Positions 1-11,616 of a stretch of 64,000 bases of DNA are shown piece after piece. Origin of the DNA: Heptranchias perlo. Lineage: Eukaryota. Where the stretch lies: assembly GCF_035084215.1 (NCBI RefSeq), contig NW_027139242.1, forward strand, positions 372,001 to 436,000, read 5' to 3'. The notes under the pieces are model-generated. The model was not told the DNA's origin. It saw nothing but the letters and a program-made list of their open reading frames with translations, and did no database searches. Within the stretch, counting starts at the first letter, position 1, and each line of letters begins with the position of its first letter. The position numbers and the translations under genes were made by a program.

Positions 1-129
1 CAATGCATGTCACAAAGCTACCTCCAATTCTGCACCCTTTTATTTTTGCTAAAAATCGGCGCCATGGATGAGATTGTTACCTGTGAGGGAGGGGAATTGG
101 AGGCCCCTCGATACATCCATCCCCTACAG

Positions 130-1712
130 TAGAGTCAAATTCAAAGTAAAAGAGGAGGTAGTTGAGATACTCAATGGGCTAAAAATTGATAAAGAGGAGG
201 TAGCAGGAAGGCTAGCTGCACTTAAAGTAGAGAAGTCACAGGTCCAGATGGGTTGCATCCTAGGTTGCTGAAGGAAGTACTGGCCATAATCTTCCAATCC
301 TCCTTAGATACAGGGGTGGTGCCAGAAGACTGGGAATTGGCAATGTTACACCCTTGTTTAAAAAAGGGTGTGAGGATAAACTCAGCAACTATAGGCGAGT
401 CAGGTTAACCTCAATGGTGGGGAAGCTTTTAGAAACGATAATCCAGGACAGAATTAACAGTCACTTGGACGAGTGTGGATTAATAAAGGAAAGCCAGCAC
501 TAACTTGACTGAGTTTTTCGATGAGGTAAGAGAGAGGGTAGATGAGGGCAATGCAGTTGATGTGGTGTTTATGGACTTTCAAAAGGCGTTTGATAAAGTG
601 CCGCACAGTAGGCTTGTCAGCAAAATTGAAGCCCATGAAGTGGCAGTGTGGATATGAAATTGGCTGAGTGACAGGAAACAGAGAGTAGTGGTGAACGGTT
701 GTTTTTCAGACTGGAGGTGTACAGTGGTGTTCCCCAGGTATCGGTACTAGGACCACTGCTCTTTTTGATGACTTGGACTTGAGTGTACAGGGCACAATTT
801 CAAAATTTGCAGATGACTCAAAACTTGGAAGGGTAGTGAACAGTGAGGAGGATAGTGATAGACTTCAAGAGGGTATAGACAGGCTGGTGGAATGGGCGGA
901 CACGTGGCAGATGAAATTTAACGCAGAGCAGTGCGAGGTGATATATGTCGGAAGGAAGAATGAGGAGAGACAATATAAACTAAAGGGTACAACTCTAAAA
1001 GGGCACAGGAACAGAGAGACCTGGGGTGTATATGTGCACAAATCGATGAAGATGGCAGGACAGGTTGAGAAAGCAGTTTAAAAAAGCACACGGGATCCTG
1101 GGCTTTATAAATAGAGGCATAGAGTACAAAAGTATGGAAGTCATGATGAACCTTTATAAAACACTGGTTCGGCCACAACTGGAGTATTGTGTCCAGTTCT
1201 GGGCACCGCACTTTAGGAAAGATGTGAAGGCCTTAAAGACGATGCAGAAGAGATTTACTAGAATGATTCCAGGGATGAGGGACTTTAGTTATATGGATAG
1301 ACTGGAGAAGCTGGGGTTGTTCTCCTTGGAACAGAGATGGTTGCCAGGAGATTTGAAAGAGGTATTCAAAATCATGAAGGGTCTAGACAGAGTAGATAGA
1401 GAGAAACTGTTCCCATTGGCAGAAGGGTCAAGAACCAGAGGATATAGATTTAAGGTGATTGGCAAAAGAACCAAAGGCGACATGAGGGAAAACTTTTTCA
1501 CACAGAGAGTGGTTAGGATCTGGAATGCACTGCCCGAGGGGGTGGTGGAGGCAGATTCAGTCATGGCCTTCAAAAGGGAACTGGATAAGTACTTGGAGAA
1601 AAGAATTGCAGGACGACAGGGAGTGGGACGAACTGGATTGCTCTTACAAAGAGCCGGTATAGGCTCGATGGGCTGAATGGCCTCCTTCTGTGCTCTAACC
1701 ATTCTATGATTC
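130..1712 (+). mobile_element. CR1-type LINE, 5'-truncated and frameshifted
   Basis: RT fragments (SKFADDSKLG; RPQLEYCVQFWAP; FFTQRVVRIWNALP) and a CR1 3' end with ATTCTATGATTC. Confidence 0.9.
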
Positions 1713-1747
1713 CGGTACGGCCCCTCGATACATCAATCACAGACAAT

Positions 1748-4445
1748 ACAGTGACACGCGGGCATCCCCCCCTCCCCAGTGACACGCGGGCATCCCCCCC
1801 TCCCCAGTGACACGCGGGCACCCCCCCCTCCCCAGTGACACGCGGGCACCCCCCCTCCCCAGTGACACGCGGGCATCCCCCCCCTCCCCAGTGACACGCG
1901 GGCATCCCCCCCTCCCCAGTGACACGCGGGCACCCCCCCCTCCCCAGTGACACGCGGGCACCCCCCCCTCCCCAGTGACACGCGGGCACCCCCCCTCCCC
2001 AGTGACACGCGGGCACCCCCCCTCCCCAGTGACACGCGGGCACCCCCCCTCCCCAGTGACACGCGGGCACCCCCCCTCCCCAGTGACACGCGGGCACCCC
2101 CCCTCCCCAGTGACACGCGGGCACCCCCCCCTCCCCAGTGACACGCGGGCACCCCCCCCTCCCCAGTGACACGCGGGCACCCCCCCCTCCCCAGTGACAC
2201 GCGGGCACCCCCCCCTCCCCAGTGACACGCGGGCACCCCCCCCTCCCTCCCCAGTGATACGCGGGCACACCCCCCCTCCCTCCCCAGTGACACGCGGGCA
2301 CCCCCCCCTCCCCAGTGACACGCGGGCACCCCCCCCTCCCCAGTGACACGCGGGCACCCCCCCCTCCCCAGTGACACGCGGGCACCCCCCCCCTCCCCAG
2401 TGACACGCGGGCACCCCCCCCCCCCCAGTGATACGCGGGCACCCCCCCCTCCCCAGTGATACGCGGGCACACCCCCCCCTCCCTCCCCAGTGATACGCGG
2501 GCACACCCCCCCTCCCTCCCCAGTGATACGCGGGCACACCCCCCCCTCCCTCCCCAGCGATACGCGGGCACACCCCCCCCTCCCTCCCCAGTGATACGCG
2601 GGCACACCCCCCCCTCCCTCCCCAGTGATACGCGGGCACACACCCCCCTCCCTCCCCAGCGATACGCGGGCACACACCCCCCTCCCTCCCCAGCGATACG
2701 CGGGCACACACCCCCCTCCCTCCCCAGCGATACGCGGGCACACCCCCCCCTCCCTCCCCAGCGATACGCGGGCACACCCCCCCCCTCCCTCCCCAGTGAT
2801 ACGCGGGCACACCCCCCCCTCCCTCCCCAGCGATACGCGGGCACACCCCCCTCCCTCCCCAGCGATACGCGGGCACACCCCCCCTCCCTCCCCAGCGATA
2901 CGCGGGCACACCCCCCCCCCTCCCTCCCCAGCGATACGCGGGCACACCCCCCCCCCCCAGTGATACGCGGGCACACACCCCCCCCCCAGTGATACGCGGG
3001 CACACCCCCCTCCCTCCCCAGTGATACGCGGGCACACCCCCCCCTCCCTCCCCAGTGATACGCGGGCACACCCCCCCTCCCTCCCCAGTGATACGCGGGC
3101 ACACCCCCCCCTCCCTCCCCAGTGATACGCGGGCACACCCCCTCCCTCCCCAGTGATACGCGGGCACACCCCCCTCCCTCCCCAGTGATACGCGGGCACA
3201 CCCCCCCCTCCCTCCCCAGTGATACGCGGGCACACCCCCCCTCCCTCCCCAGTGATACGCGGGCACACCCCCCCCTCCCTCCCCAGCGATACGCGGGCAC
3301 ACACCCCCCTCCCTCCCCAGTGATACGCGGGCACACCCCCCCCCCTCCCTCCCCAGTGATACGCGGGCACACCCCCCCTCCCTCCCCAGCGATACGCGGG
3401 CACACCCCCCCCCCTCCCTCCCCAGCGATACGCGGGCACACCCCCCCCCCCAGTGATACGCGGGCACACACCCCCCCCCCAGTGATACGCGGGCACACCC
3501 CCCTCCCTCCCCAGTGATACGCGGGCACACCCCCCCCTCCCTCCCCAGTGATACGCGGGCACACCCCCCCTCCCTCCCCAGTGATACGCGGGCACACCCC
3601 CCCCTCCCTCCCCAGTGATACGCGGGCACACCCCCCTCCCTCCCCAGTGATACGCGGGCACACCCCCCTCCCTCCCCAGTGATACGCGGGCACACCCCCC
3701 CCTCCCTCCCCAGTGATACGCGGGCACACCCCCCCTCCCTCCCCAGTGATACGCGGGCACACCCCCCCCTCCCTCCCCAGTGATACGCGGGCACACCCCC
3801 CCCTCCCCAGTGATACGCGGGCACACCCCCCCCTCCCTCCCCAGTGATACGCGGGCACACACCCCCCCCTCCCTCCCCAGCGATACGCGGGCACACCCCC
3901 CCCTCCCTCCCCAGCGATACGCGGGCACACCCCCCCCCCCCAGTGATACGCGGGCACACACCCCCCCCCCAGTGATACGCGGGCACACCCCCCCCCCTCC
4001 CTCCCCAGTGATACGCGGGCACACCCCCCCCTCCCTCCCCAGTGATACGCGGGCACACCCCCCCCTCCCTCCCCAGTGATACGCGGGCACACCCCCCCCT
4101 CCCTCCCCAGTGATACGCGGGCACACCCCCCCCTCCCTCCCTCCCCAGTGATACGCGGGCACACCCCCCCCTCCCTCCCCAGTGATACGCGGGCACACCC
4201 CCCCCTCCCTCCCCAGTGATACGCGGGCACACCCCCCCCTCCCTCCCTCCCCAGTGATACGCGGGCACACCCCCCCCTCCCTCCCCAGTGATACGCGGGC
4301 ACACCCCCCCCCCTCCCTCCCCAGTGATACGCGGGCACACCCCCCCCTCCCTCCCCAGTGATACGCGGGCACACCCCCCCCTCCCTCCCCAGTGATACGC
4401 GGGCACACCCCCCCCTCCCTCCCCAGTGATACGCGGGCACACCCC
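1748..4445. repeat. CpG-rich minisatellite (about 30-37 bp unit, CCCCAGTGAY ACGCGGGCAC...Cn...T) in DGCR2 intron 1
   Basis: Direct tandem repeats; they account for the 900+ aa low-complexity ORFs. Confidence 0.97.
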
Positions 4446-4572
4446 TCGCCGCACACACCCACACCCACACCTAGCACCTCAGTATCCTGGGGTAATCGGT
4501 TGGCCCCGGCCCCGGCCCCCGCTCCCGCTCCCCGGCCTTTCCTGCCGGGTCCTCGGTCCCCGCCCCCGTTAC

Positions 4573-4642
4573 CTGGGCGCTCCGTCTCCGCCACAGCCAC
4601 GATCAGCAGCAACAGCAAAGGGATGTCGGGTTTGGGCCACAT
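4573..4642 (-). CDS. DGCR2: DGCR2 coding exon 1 (signal peptide); rest of the gene lies left of the window
   Basis: MWPKPDIPLLLLLIVAVAETERP resembles the human N-terminus [26 protein letters not shown]; phase-1 donor CCAG|gtaacg; CpG island; position next to TSSK and ESS2. Confidence 0.8.
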
Positions 4643-4659
4643 TTATCCGCCAGGCATCC

Positions 4660-4830
4660 TCCGGCCGGCTGCTCCGGCTCCGGCTCCGGCTCCAGCCCCC
4701 GGCCCCTCTCTCAGGCTCGGGCTCCGGCTCCGGGAAACACATAAGATGGCGGCGGCACCGCGCCGAGCATCACGGGAGTGGGCGGGGCCTGTCGCTGGAG
4801 GCTGGGTCTGTTGCTAGGGGGCGGGGCCTG
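4660..4830 (-). promoter_or_regulatory. DGCR2 CpG-island promoter/5'UTR with YY1 site and GC boxes
   Basis: AAGATGGCGGC at 4743-4753, GGGCGGGGC near 4780 and 4818, (GCTCCG)n tract. Confidence 0.65.
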
Positions 4831-5572
4831 TCGGCAGGGGTGGGGTCCGTCGCTAGGGGCCGGGTCTGTCGCTCGGGCCCGGGGTCTGTTGCCAGGGGCC
4901 GGGTCTGTCGGCAGGGGGTGGGATCTGTCGGCAGGGGCCGGGTCTGTCGGCAGGGGGTGGGATCTGTCGGCAGGGGGTGGGCTCTGTCGGCAGGGGGTGG
5001 GATCTGTCGGCAGGGGGTGGGCTCTGTCGGCAGGGGGTGGGATCTGTCGGCAGGGGCCGGGTCTGTCGGCAGGGGGTGGGATCTGTCGGCAGGGGCCGGG
5101 TCTGTCGGCAGGGGGTGGGCTCTGTCGGCAGGGGGTGGGCTCTGTCGGCAGGGGGTGGGCTCTGTCGGCAGGGGCCGGGTCTGTCGGCAGGGGGTGGGCT
5201 CTGTCGGCAGGGGGTGGGCTCTGTCGGCAGGGGGTGGGCTCTGTCGGCAGGGGGTGGGATCTGTCGGCAGGGGGTGGGCTCTGTCGGCAGGGGGTGGGCT
5301 CTGTCGGCAGGGGGTGGGCTCTGTCGGCAGGGGGTGGGCTCTGTCGGCAGGGGGTGGGATCTGTCGGCAGGGGGTGGGCTCTGTCGGCAGGGGGTGGGCT
5401 CTGTCGGCAGGGGGTGGGCTCTGTCGGCAGGGGGTGGGCTCTGTCGGCAGGGGGTGGGCTCTGTCGGCAGGGGGTGGGCTCTGTCGGCAGGGGGTGGGCT
5501 CTGTCGGCAGGGGGTGGGCTCTGTCGGCAGGGGCCGGGTCCGTTGCCAGGGCCCGGGGTCCGTTGCCGGGGG
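4790..5572. repeat. 20-bp G-rich minisatellite (GGGTGGGCTCTGTCGGCAGG)
   Basis: Tandem array directly upstream of the DGCR2 promoter. Confidence 0.95.
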
Positions 5573-5611
5573 TGGGAGAAGCACGGGGTCACCTCTGGGC
5601 ATCGGGTAACC

Positions 5612-6645
5612 CAGCAACAACAACAACTTGCATTTATTTTGCGCCTTTAATGTAGTAAAACGTCCCGAGGTGCTTCACAGGAGCGATTATCAAACAAAAT
5701 TTGACACCGAGCCACAGAAGGAGATATTAGGTCAGGTGACCAAAAGCTTGGTCAAAGAGGGAGGTTTTAAGGAGGGTCTTAAAGGAGGAGAGAGAGGCGG
5801 AGAGGTTTAGGGAGGGAATTCCAGAGCTTCGGGCCCAGGCAGCTGAAGGCACGGCCGCCAACGGTGGAGTGATTAAAATCAGGGATGCACAAGAGGCCGG
5901 AATTGGAGGAATGCAGAGATCTCGGAGGGTTGTCGGGCTGGAGGAGGTTACAGAGATCGGGAGGGGAGAGGCCATGGAGGGATTTGAACACAAGGATGAA
6001 AATCCGGCGTTCCCGGACCGGGAGCCAATGTAGGTCAGTGAGCACTGGGGGTGATGGGTGAACCGGACTTGGTGAGAGTTAGGATACAGGGCAGCAGAGT
6101 TTTGGATGAGCTCAAGTTTATGGAGGGTGGAAGATGGGACGCCGGCCAGGAGAGCATTGGAATATTCAAGTCTGGAGGTAACAAAAGTATGGGTGAGGTT
6201 TTCAACAGATGAGCTGAGGCGGGGCGGAGACGGGGTGTTGTTACTGAGGTGGAAATAGGTGGTCTTGGTGATGGAGAGGATATGGGGTCGGAAGCTCATC
6301 TGAGGGTCAAATAGTACGTCAAGGATGCGAACGGTCTGGTTCAGCCTCAGACAGTGGCCAGGGAGAGGGATGGAGTCGGTGTCTGGGGAACGGAGTTTGT
6401 GGCTGGACCAAAGACAATGGCTTCGGTCTTCCCAATATTTAATTGGGGGAAATTTTCGCTTATTGGAAAGCAGCATGACAAATCAGAGGCAGTGGAGGGG
6501 TCGAAAGACATGGTGGTGAGGTAGAACTGGGCATCGTCAGCATGCATGTGGAACCTGACCTGTTTTAGGATGATGTCGCCGTGGGGCAGCAGATGAGAGT
6601 AGATGAGAAATAGGAGGAGGCCAAGGATAGATCCTTGGGACACCC
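5612..6645 (-). mobile_element. L2-clade LINE 3' portion
   Basis: FVTSRLEYSNALLAG, LHWLPV, GRAFSCLGPKLWNSLP; tail AAATGCAAGTTGTTGTTG on the minus strand. Confidence 0.88.
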
Positions 6646-6647
6646 AA

Positions 6648-7472
6648 CAACCCAGCACCAGGCAACCCAGCACCTGGCAACCCAGCACCTGGCAACCCAG
6701 CACCGGGCAACCCAGCACCTGGCAACCCAGCACCAGGCAACCCAGCACCTGGCAACCCAGCACCTGGCAACCCAGCACCGGGCAACCCAGCACCTGGCAA
6801 CCCAGCACCGGGCAACCCAGCACCGGGCAACCCAGCACCTGGCAACCCAGCACCGGGCAACCCAGCACCGGGCAACCCAGCACCGGGCAACCCAGCACCT
6901 GGCAACCCAGCACCGGGCAACCCAGCACCGGGCAACCCAGCACCGGGCAACCCAGCACCGGGCAACCCAGCACCTGGCAACCCAGCACCGGGCAACCCAG
7001 CACCGGGCAACCCAGCACCGGGCAACCCAGCACCAGGCAACCCAGCACCTGGCAACCCAGCACCGGGCAACCCAGCACCGGGCAACCCAGCACCGGGCAA
7101 CCCAGCACCGGGCAACCCAGCACCGGGCAACCCAGCACCGGGCAACCCAGCACCGGGCAACCCAGCACCGGGCAACCCAGCACCAGGCAACCCAGCACCT
7201 GGCAACCCAGCACCGGGCAACCCAGCACCTGGCAACCCAGCACCAGGCAACCCAGCACCAGGCAACCCAGCACCAGGCAACCCAGCACCTGGCAACCCAG
7301 CACCTGGCAACCCAGCACCAGGCAACCCAGCACCTGGCAACCCAGCACCAGGCAACCCAGCACCAGGCAACCCAGCACCAGGCAACCCAGCACCAGGCAA
7401 CCCAGCACCTGGCAACCCAGCACCGGGCAACCCAGCACCGGGCAACCCAGCACCTGGCAACCCAGCACCGGG
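6648..7472. repeat. 15-bp minisatellite (CAACCCAGCACCDGG), about 55 copies
   Basis: 15-bp period with one variable base; degenerate inverted relatives at about 7790-7950. Confidence 0.97.
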
Positions 7473-8834
7473 AATTCGACCAACCAGCTGGACAAATCAA
7501 GACATCAGCTTTTTATCCACACAAATGCCATCAGTGTCAAAGAGGCTGCTTCAAGTACCTCGACAGTATTTCCGTTTGCCGACAAAAGTGATACTTGATA
7601 GGAAAAAATTTGCAGGGCTATGTGGAAAGAGCAAGGGATTGAGACTAATTGGACAGCTCTTTCAAAAAGCTGCACAGGCACGATGGGCTGAATGGCCTCC
7701 TCTTGTGCTGTACCTACTATGATACTATGACACCAGAGACCCAACCCCGGAAAAATGGGCATCCAAAACCTGGCAAACCAGCAACCGAGTGCCCGGTGTT
7801 GAGTTCCCCGGTATCGGGTTCCCCAGTGCTGGGTTCCCCACTATTGGGCTCCCCAGTGCTAGGTTCCCCACTATCAGGTTCCCCGGTTCAAGGTGAATGG
7901 CGCAAGGTATCCAGTGCAGGGCGTCCGCTGCAGGGTTATCAGATTCCTGGTTCTCCATTTTCCTATTTTTCAGTATATCCCACGTTTCATGGTTGCACAA
8001 GAGGCCCGAATTGGAGGAACGCAGACATTTCGGAGGCTTAAAGGGCTATCGGTGATCGGAGAGATAGGGAAGGGCGAGGTCGTGGAGGAATTTGAGAACA
8101 AGGATGTAATCAATGTGTTGCTGGACTGGGAGCTAACGTAGGTCAGCAAGCACAGGGACGATAGGAGAACGAGACTTGGGAACGAAACACAAATGTGAAA
8201 CACATTGTGTTTAACTAACTTGATTGAGTTTTTTGATGAGGTAACAGAGGCCAATGCAGTTGATGTGGTGTATATGGACTTCCAAAAGGCGTTTGATAAA
8301 GTGCCACATAATAGGCTTGTCATCAAAGTTGAAGCCCGTGGAATAAAAGGGACAGTGGCAGCATGGATATGAAATTGGCTAAGTGACAGAAAACAGAGAG
8401 TAATGGTGAACATTTGTTTTTCAGACTGGAGGGAGGTGTACAGTAGTGTTTCCCAGGGGTCGGTGCTGGGACCACTGCTCTTTTTGATATATATTAATGA
8501 CTTAGACTTGGGTGTACAGGGCACAATTTCCAAATGACACAAAATTTGGAAGTGCAGTAAACAGTGAGGAGGATAGTGATAGATTTTGAGGATATAGACA
8601 GGCTGGTGGAATGGGCAGACACACGGCTGATGAAATCTAACACAGAGAAGTGTGACGTGATGCATTTCGGTAGGAAGAACGAGGCGAGGCAATACAAACT
8701 AGAGGGCACAACTCTAAAGGGGCACAGGAATAGAGAGATCTGGGGGGTATATGTGCACAAATCTTTGAAGATGGCAGGGCAGGTTGAGAAAGTGGTTAAA
8801 AAAGCATACGGGATCCTGGGCTTTATAAATAGAT

Positions 8835-10290
8835 TTTACAACACCAAGTTATAGTCCAACAATTTTATTTGAAAATCACAAGCTTTCGGAGGCTTCCTCC
8901 TTCCTCAGGTGAATGTCAAGAAATCCTCGAACCTCTCGCATTTATAAATCACAGAACAATACCTGGTGATTACAGATAGTCTTTCCAACTGCCCGTTGCC
9001 AAGGCAATCAAAGTGTTCAGTCAGAGAGGTGTCACCTGCAGAACCCCCGAATATACAAACAACCAAAAAAAAGAGGCAGAAACATAGAAACATCCGGAAG
9101 GAAGAGAAAGACAGAGAATGACCCGTTATATTAAAAACAGATAACTTTTGTTCGCTGGTGGAGTTACATGTAGCGTGACATGAACCCAAGATCCCGGTTG
9201 AGGCCGTCCTCATGGGTGCAGAACTTGGCTATCAATTTCTGCTCGACGATTTTGCGTTGTCGTGTCTCAAAGGCCGCCTTGGAGTACGCTTACCCGAAGA
9301 TCGGTGCCTGAATATCCTTGACTGCTGAAGTGTTCCCCGACTGGGAGGGAACCCTCCTGTCTGGCGATTGTTGCGCGGTGTCCGTTCATCCGTTGTCGCA
9401 GCGTCTGCATGGTCTCGCCAATGTACCATGCTCTGGGGCATCCTTTCCTGCAACATATGAGGTAGACAACGTTGGCCGAGTCACAGGAGTATGAACCATG
9501 CACCTGGTGGGTGGTGTCCTCTCGTGTGATGGTGGTATCTGTGTCGATGATCTGGCATGTCTTGCAGAGGTTACCGTGGCAGGGTTGTGTGGTGTCGTGG
9601 ACGCTGTTCTCCTGAAAGCTGGGTAATTTGCTGTGAACAAAGATCTGTTTGAGGTTGGGTGGCTGTTTAAAGGCAAGTAGTGGAGGTGTGGGGATGGCCG
9701 TAGCGAGGTGTTCGTCGTCATTGATGACATGTTGAAGGCTGCGGAGAACATGGCGTCGTTTCTCCGCTCCGGGGAAGTACTGGACGACGAAGGGTACTCT
9801 GTTGGTTGCGTCCCGTGTTAGTCTTCTGAGGAGGTCTTTCGCTGTGGCCCGTCGGAACTGTCGATCGATGAGTCGAGCGTCATATCCCGTTCTTACTAGG
9901 GCGTCTTTCAGCGTCTGTAGGTGTCCATCGCGTTCCTCCTCGTCTGAGCAGACCCTGTGTATTCGCAGGGCCTGTCCATAGGGGATGGCCTCTTTGACGT
10001 GGTTAGGGTGGAAGCTGGAAAAGTGGAGCATCATGAGGTTGTCCGTGGGCTTGCGGAAGAGTGAGGTGCTGAGGTGCCCATCTTTGATGGAGATTCGTGT
10101 GTCCGAGAAAGAAACTGATTCTGAGGAGTAGTCCATGGTGAGCTTGATGGTGGGATGGAACTTGTTGATGTTATCATGTAGTCTCTTCAGTGATTCTTCG
10201 CCGTGGGTCCATAGGAAGAAAATGTCGTCTATGTATCTGGTGTATAGCGTTGGTTGGAGGTCCTGTGCAGTGAAGAAGTCCTGCTCGAAC
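8835..10290 (-). mobile_element. Penelope-like element family 1, 5'-truncated
   Basis: RT C-terminus (YTRYIDDIF) plus GIY-YIG endonuclease (NVVYLICC...WYIGET); flanked by CTTTRTAAATAGA duplication. Confidence 0.92.
8876..8912 (-). ncRNA. Minimal hammerhead ribozyme motif in Penelope pLTR
   Basis: UCAC-CUGAGGA-A-GGAG(GAAGC)CUCC-GAAA-GCUU-GUGA. Confidence 0.72.
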
Positions 10291-10912
10291 TTTGTAAATA
10301 GAGGCATAGAATACAAAAGCAAGGAAGTTACGATGGACCTTTATAAAACATTGGCTCGGCTACAACTGGAGTATTGTGCCCAGTTCTGGGCACCACACTT
10401 TAGAAAAGATGCGAAGGCCTTAGAGAGGGTGCAGAGGAGATTTACTAGAATGGTTCCAGGGATGAGGGACTTCAGTTACATGGATAGACTGGAGAAGCTG
10501 GGGTTTTTCTCCTTAGAGCAGAGAAGGTTGCGAGGAGATTTGATCGAGGTATTCAAAATCATGAAGGGTCGAGACAGAGTAGATAGAGAGAAACGGTTCC
10601 CATTGGCGGAAGGGTCAAGAACCAGAGGACACAGATTTAAGGTGATTGGCCAAAGAACCAAAGGTGATATGAGGAAAAACATTTTTACACAGCGAGTGGT
10701 TAGGATGTGGAATGCACTGCCCGAGGGGGTGGTGGAGGCAGATTCAATCATGGCCTTCAAAAGGGAACAGGATAAGTACTTGAAGAGAAAAAATCTGCAG
10801 GGCTACGGGGAAAGGGCGGGGGAGTGGGACTAGCAGAGAGTCTTGCAGAGAGCCAGCACGGGCTCGATGGGCCAAATGGCTGCCTTCTGTGCTTAACCTT
10901 TCCATGATTCTG

Positions 10913-11615
10913 TTAGTTAGGATACGGGCAACAGAGTTTTGGATGAGCTCAAGTTTATGGAGGATGGAAGATGGGAGGCCGGCTGGGAGAGGCTAGATGT
11001 AACAAAGGCATGGTTGAGGTTTAGGCAGCAGATGAGCTGAGGCACGGGCAGAGACGGACGATGTTACGGAGGTGGAAGTCGGCGGTCTTGGTGATGGAGC
11101 GGAGATAGGGTCAGAAGCTCATCTCAGTTAAATCGGATGTTGAGGTCGCAAACAGTCTGGTTCAGCCTCAGACTGTGGCCAGGGAGAGGGATGGAGTCGG
11201 TGTCTGGGGAACGGAATTTGTGGCGGGGCTGAAGACAATGGATTTGGTCGTTCCAATATTTAATTGGAGGAAATTTCTACTCATCCAATACTGGATGTCG
11301 GACAAACAGTGTGACAAATCAGAGTGAGCGGAGGGGTTGAGAGAGGTGATGGTGAGGTAGAGCTGGGTGTCGTCTGCGTACATGATGGAACCTGACGTCA
11401 TGTTTTCGGATGATGTCGCCAAAGGGGAGCATGTAAATGAGAAATAGGAGGGGGCCAAGGATAGATCCTTGGGGGACCCCAGAGGTAACAGTGCTGGAGT
11501 GGGAAGAGAAGCCATTGCAGGTGATTCTCCGGCTACGACGAGATAGATAGGAATAGAACCAGGCGAGCACAGTCCCACCCAGCTGGACAATGGAGGAGAG
11601 GCGTTACAGGAGGAG
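10913..11615 (-). mobile_element. L2 LINE fragment, inverted relative to the adjacent L2
   Basis: [19 protein letters not shown] and YADDTQLY on the minus strand. Confidence 0.85.
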
Positions 11616-11616
11616 G

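Larger units (their letters stand above)
8200..10912 (+). mobile_element. CR1 LINE split by a Penelope insertion (8200-8833 and 10290-10912)
   Basis: GILGFINR breaks at 8833 and resumes as NRGIEYKSKE near 10297; CR1 tail at about 10900. Confidence 0.88.

Noticed and set aside
1570-4470. 900+ aa Gly/Pro-rich ORFs
   Set aside because: Open in all three minus frames because the minisatellite lacks stops; the real exon ends at the donor at 4572.
6347-7598. (GLPGA)n elastin/collagen-like and (QPST)n mucin-like ORFs
   Set aside because: Translation of a 15-bp repeat open in several frames and fused to L2 debris; no gene structure.
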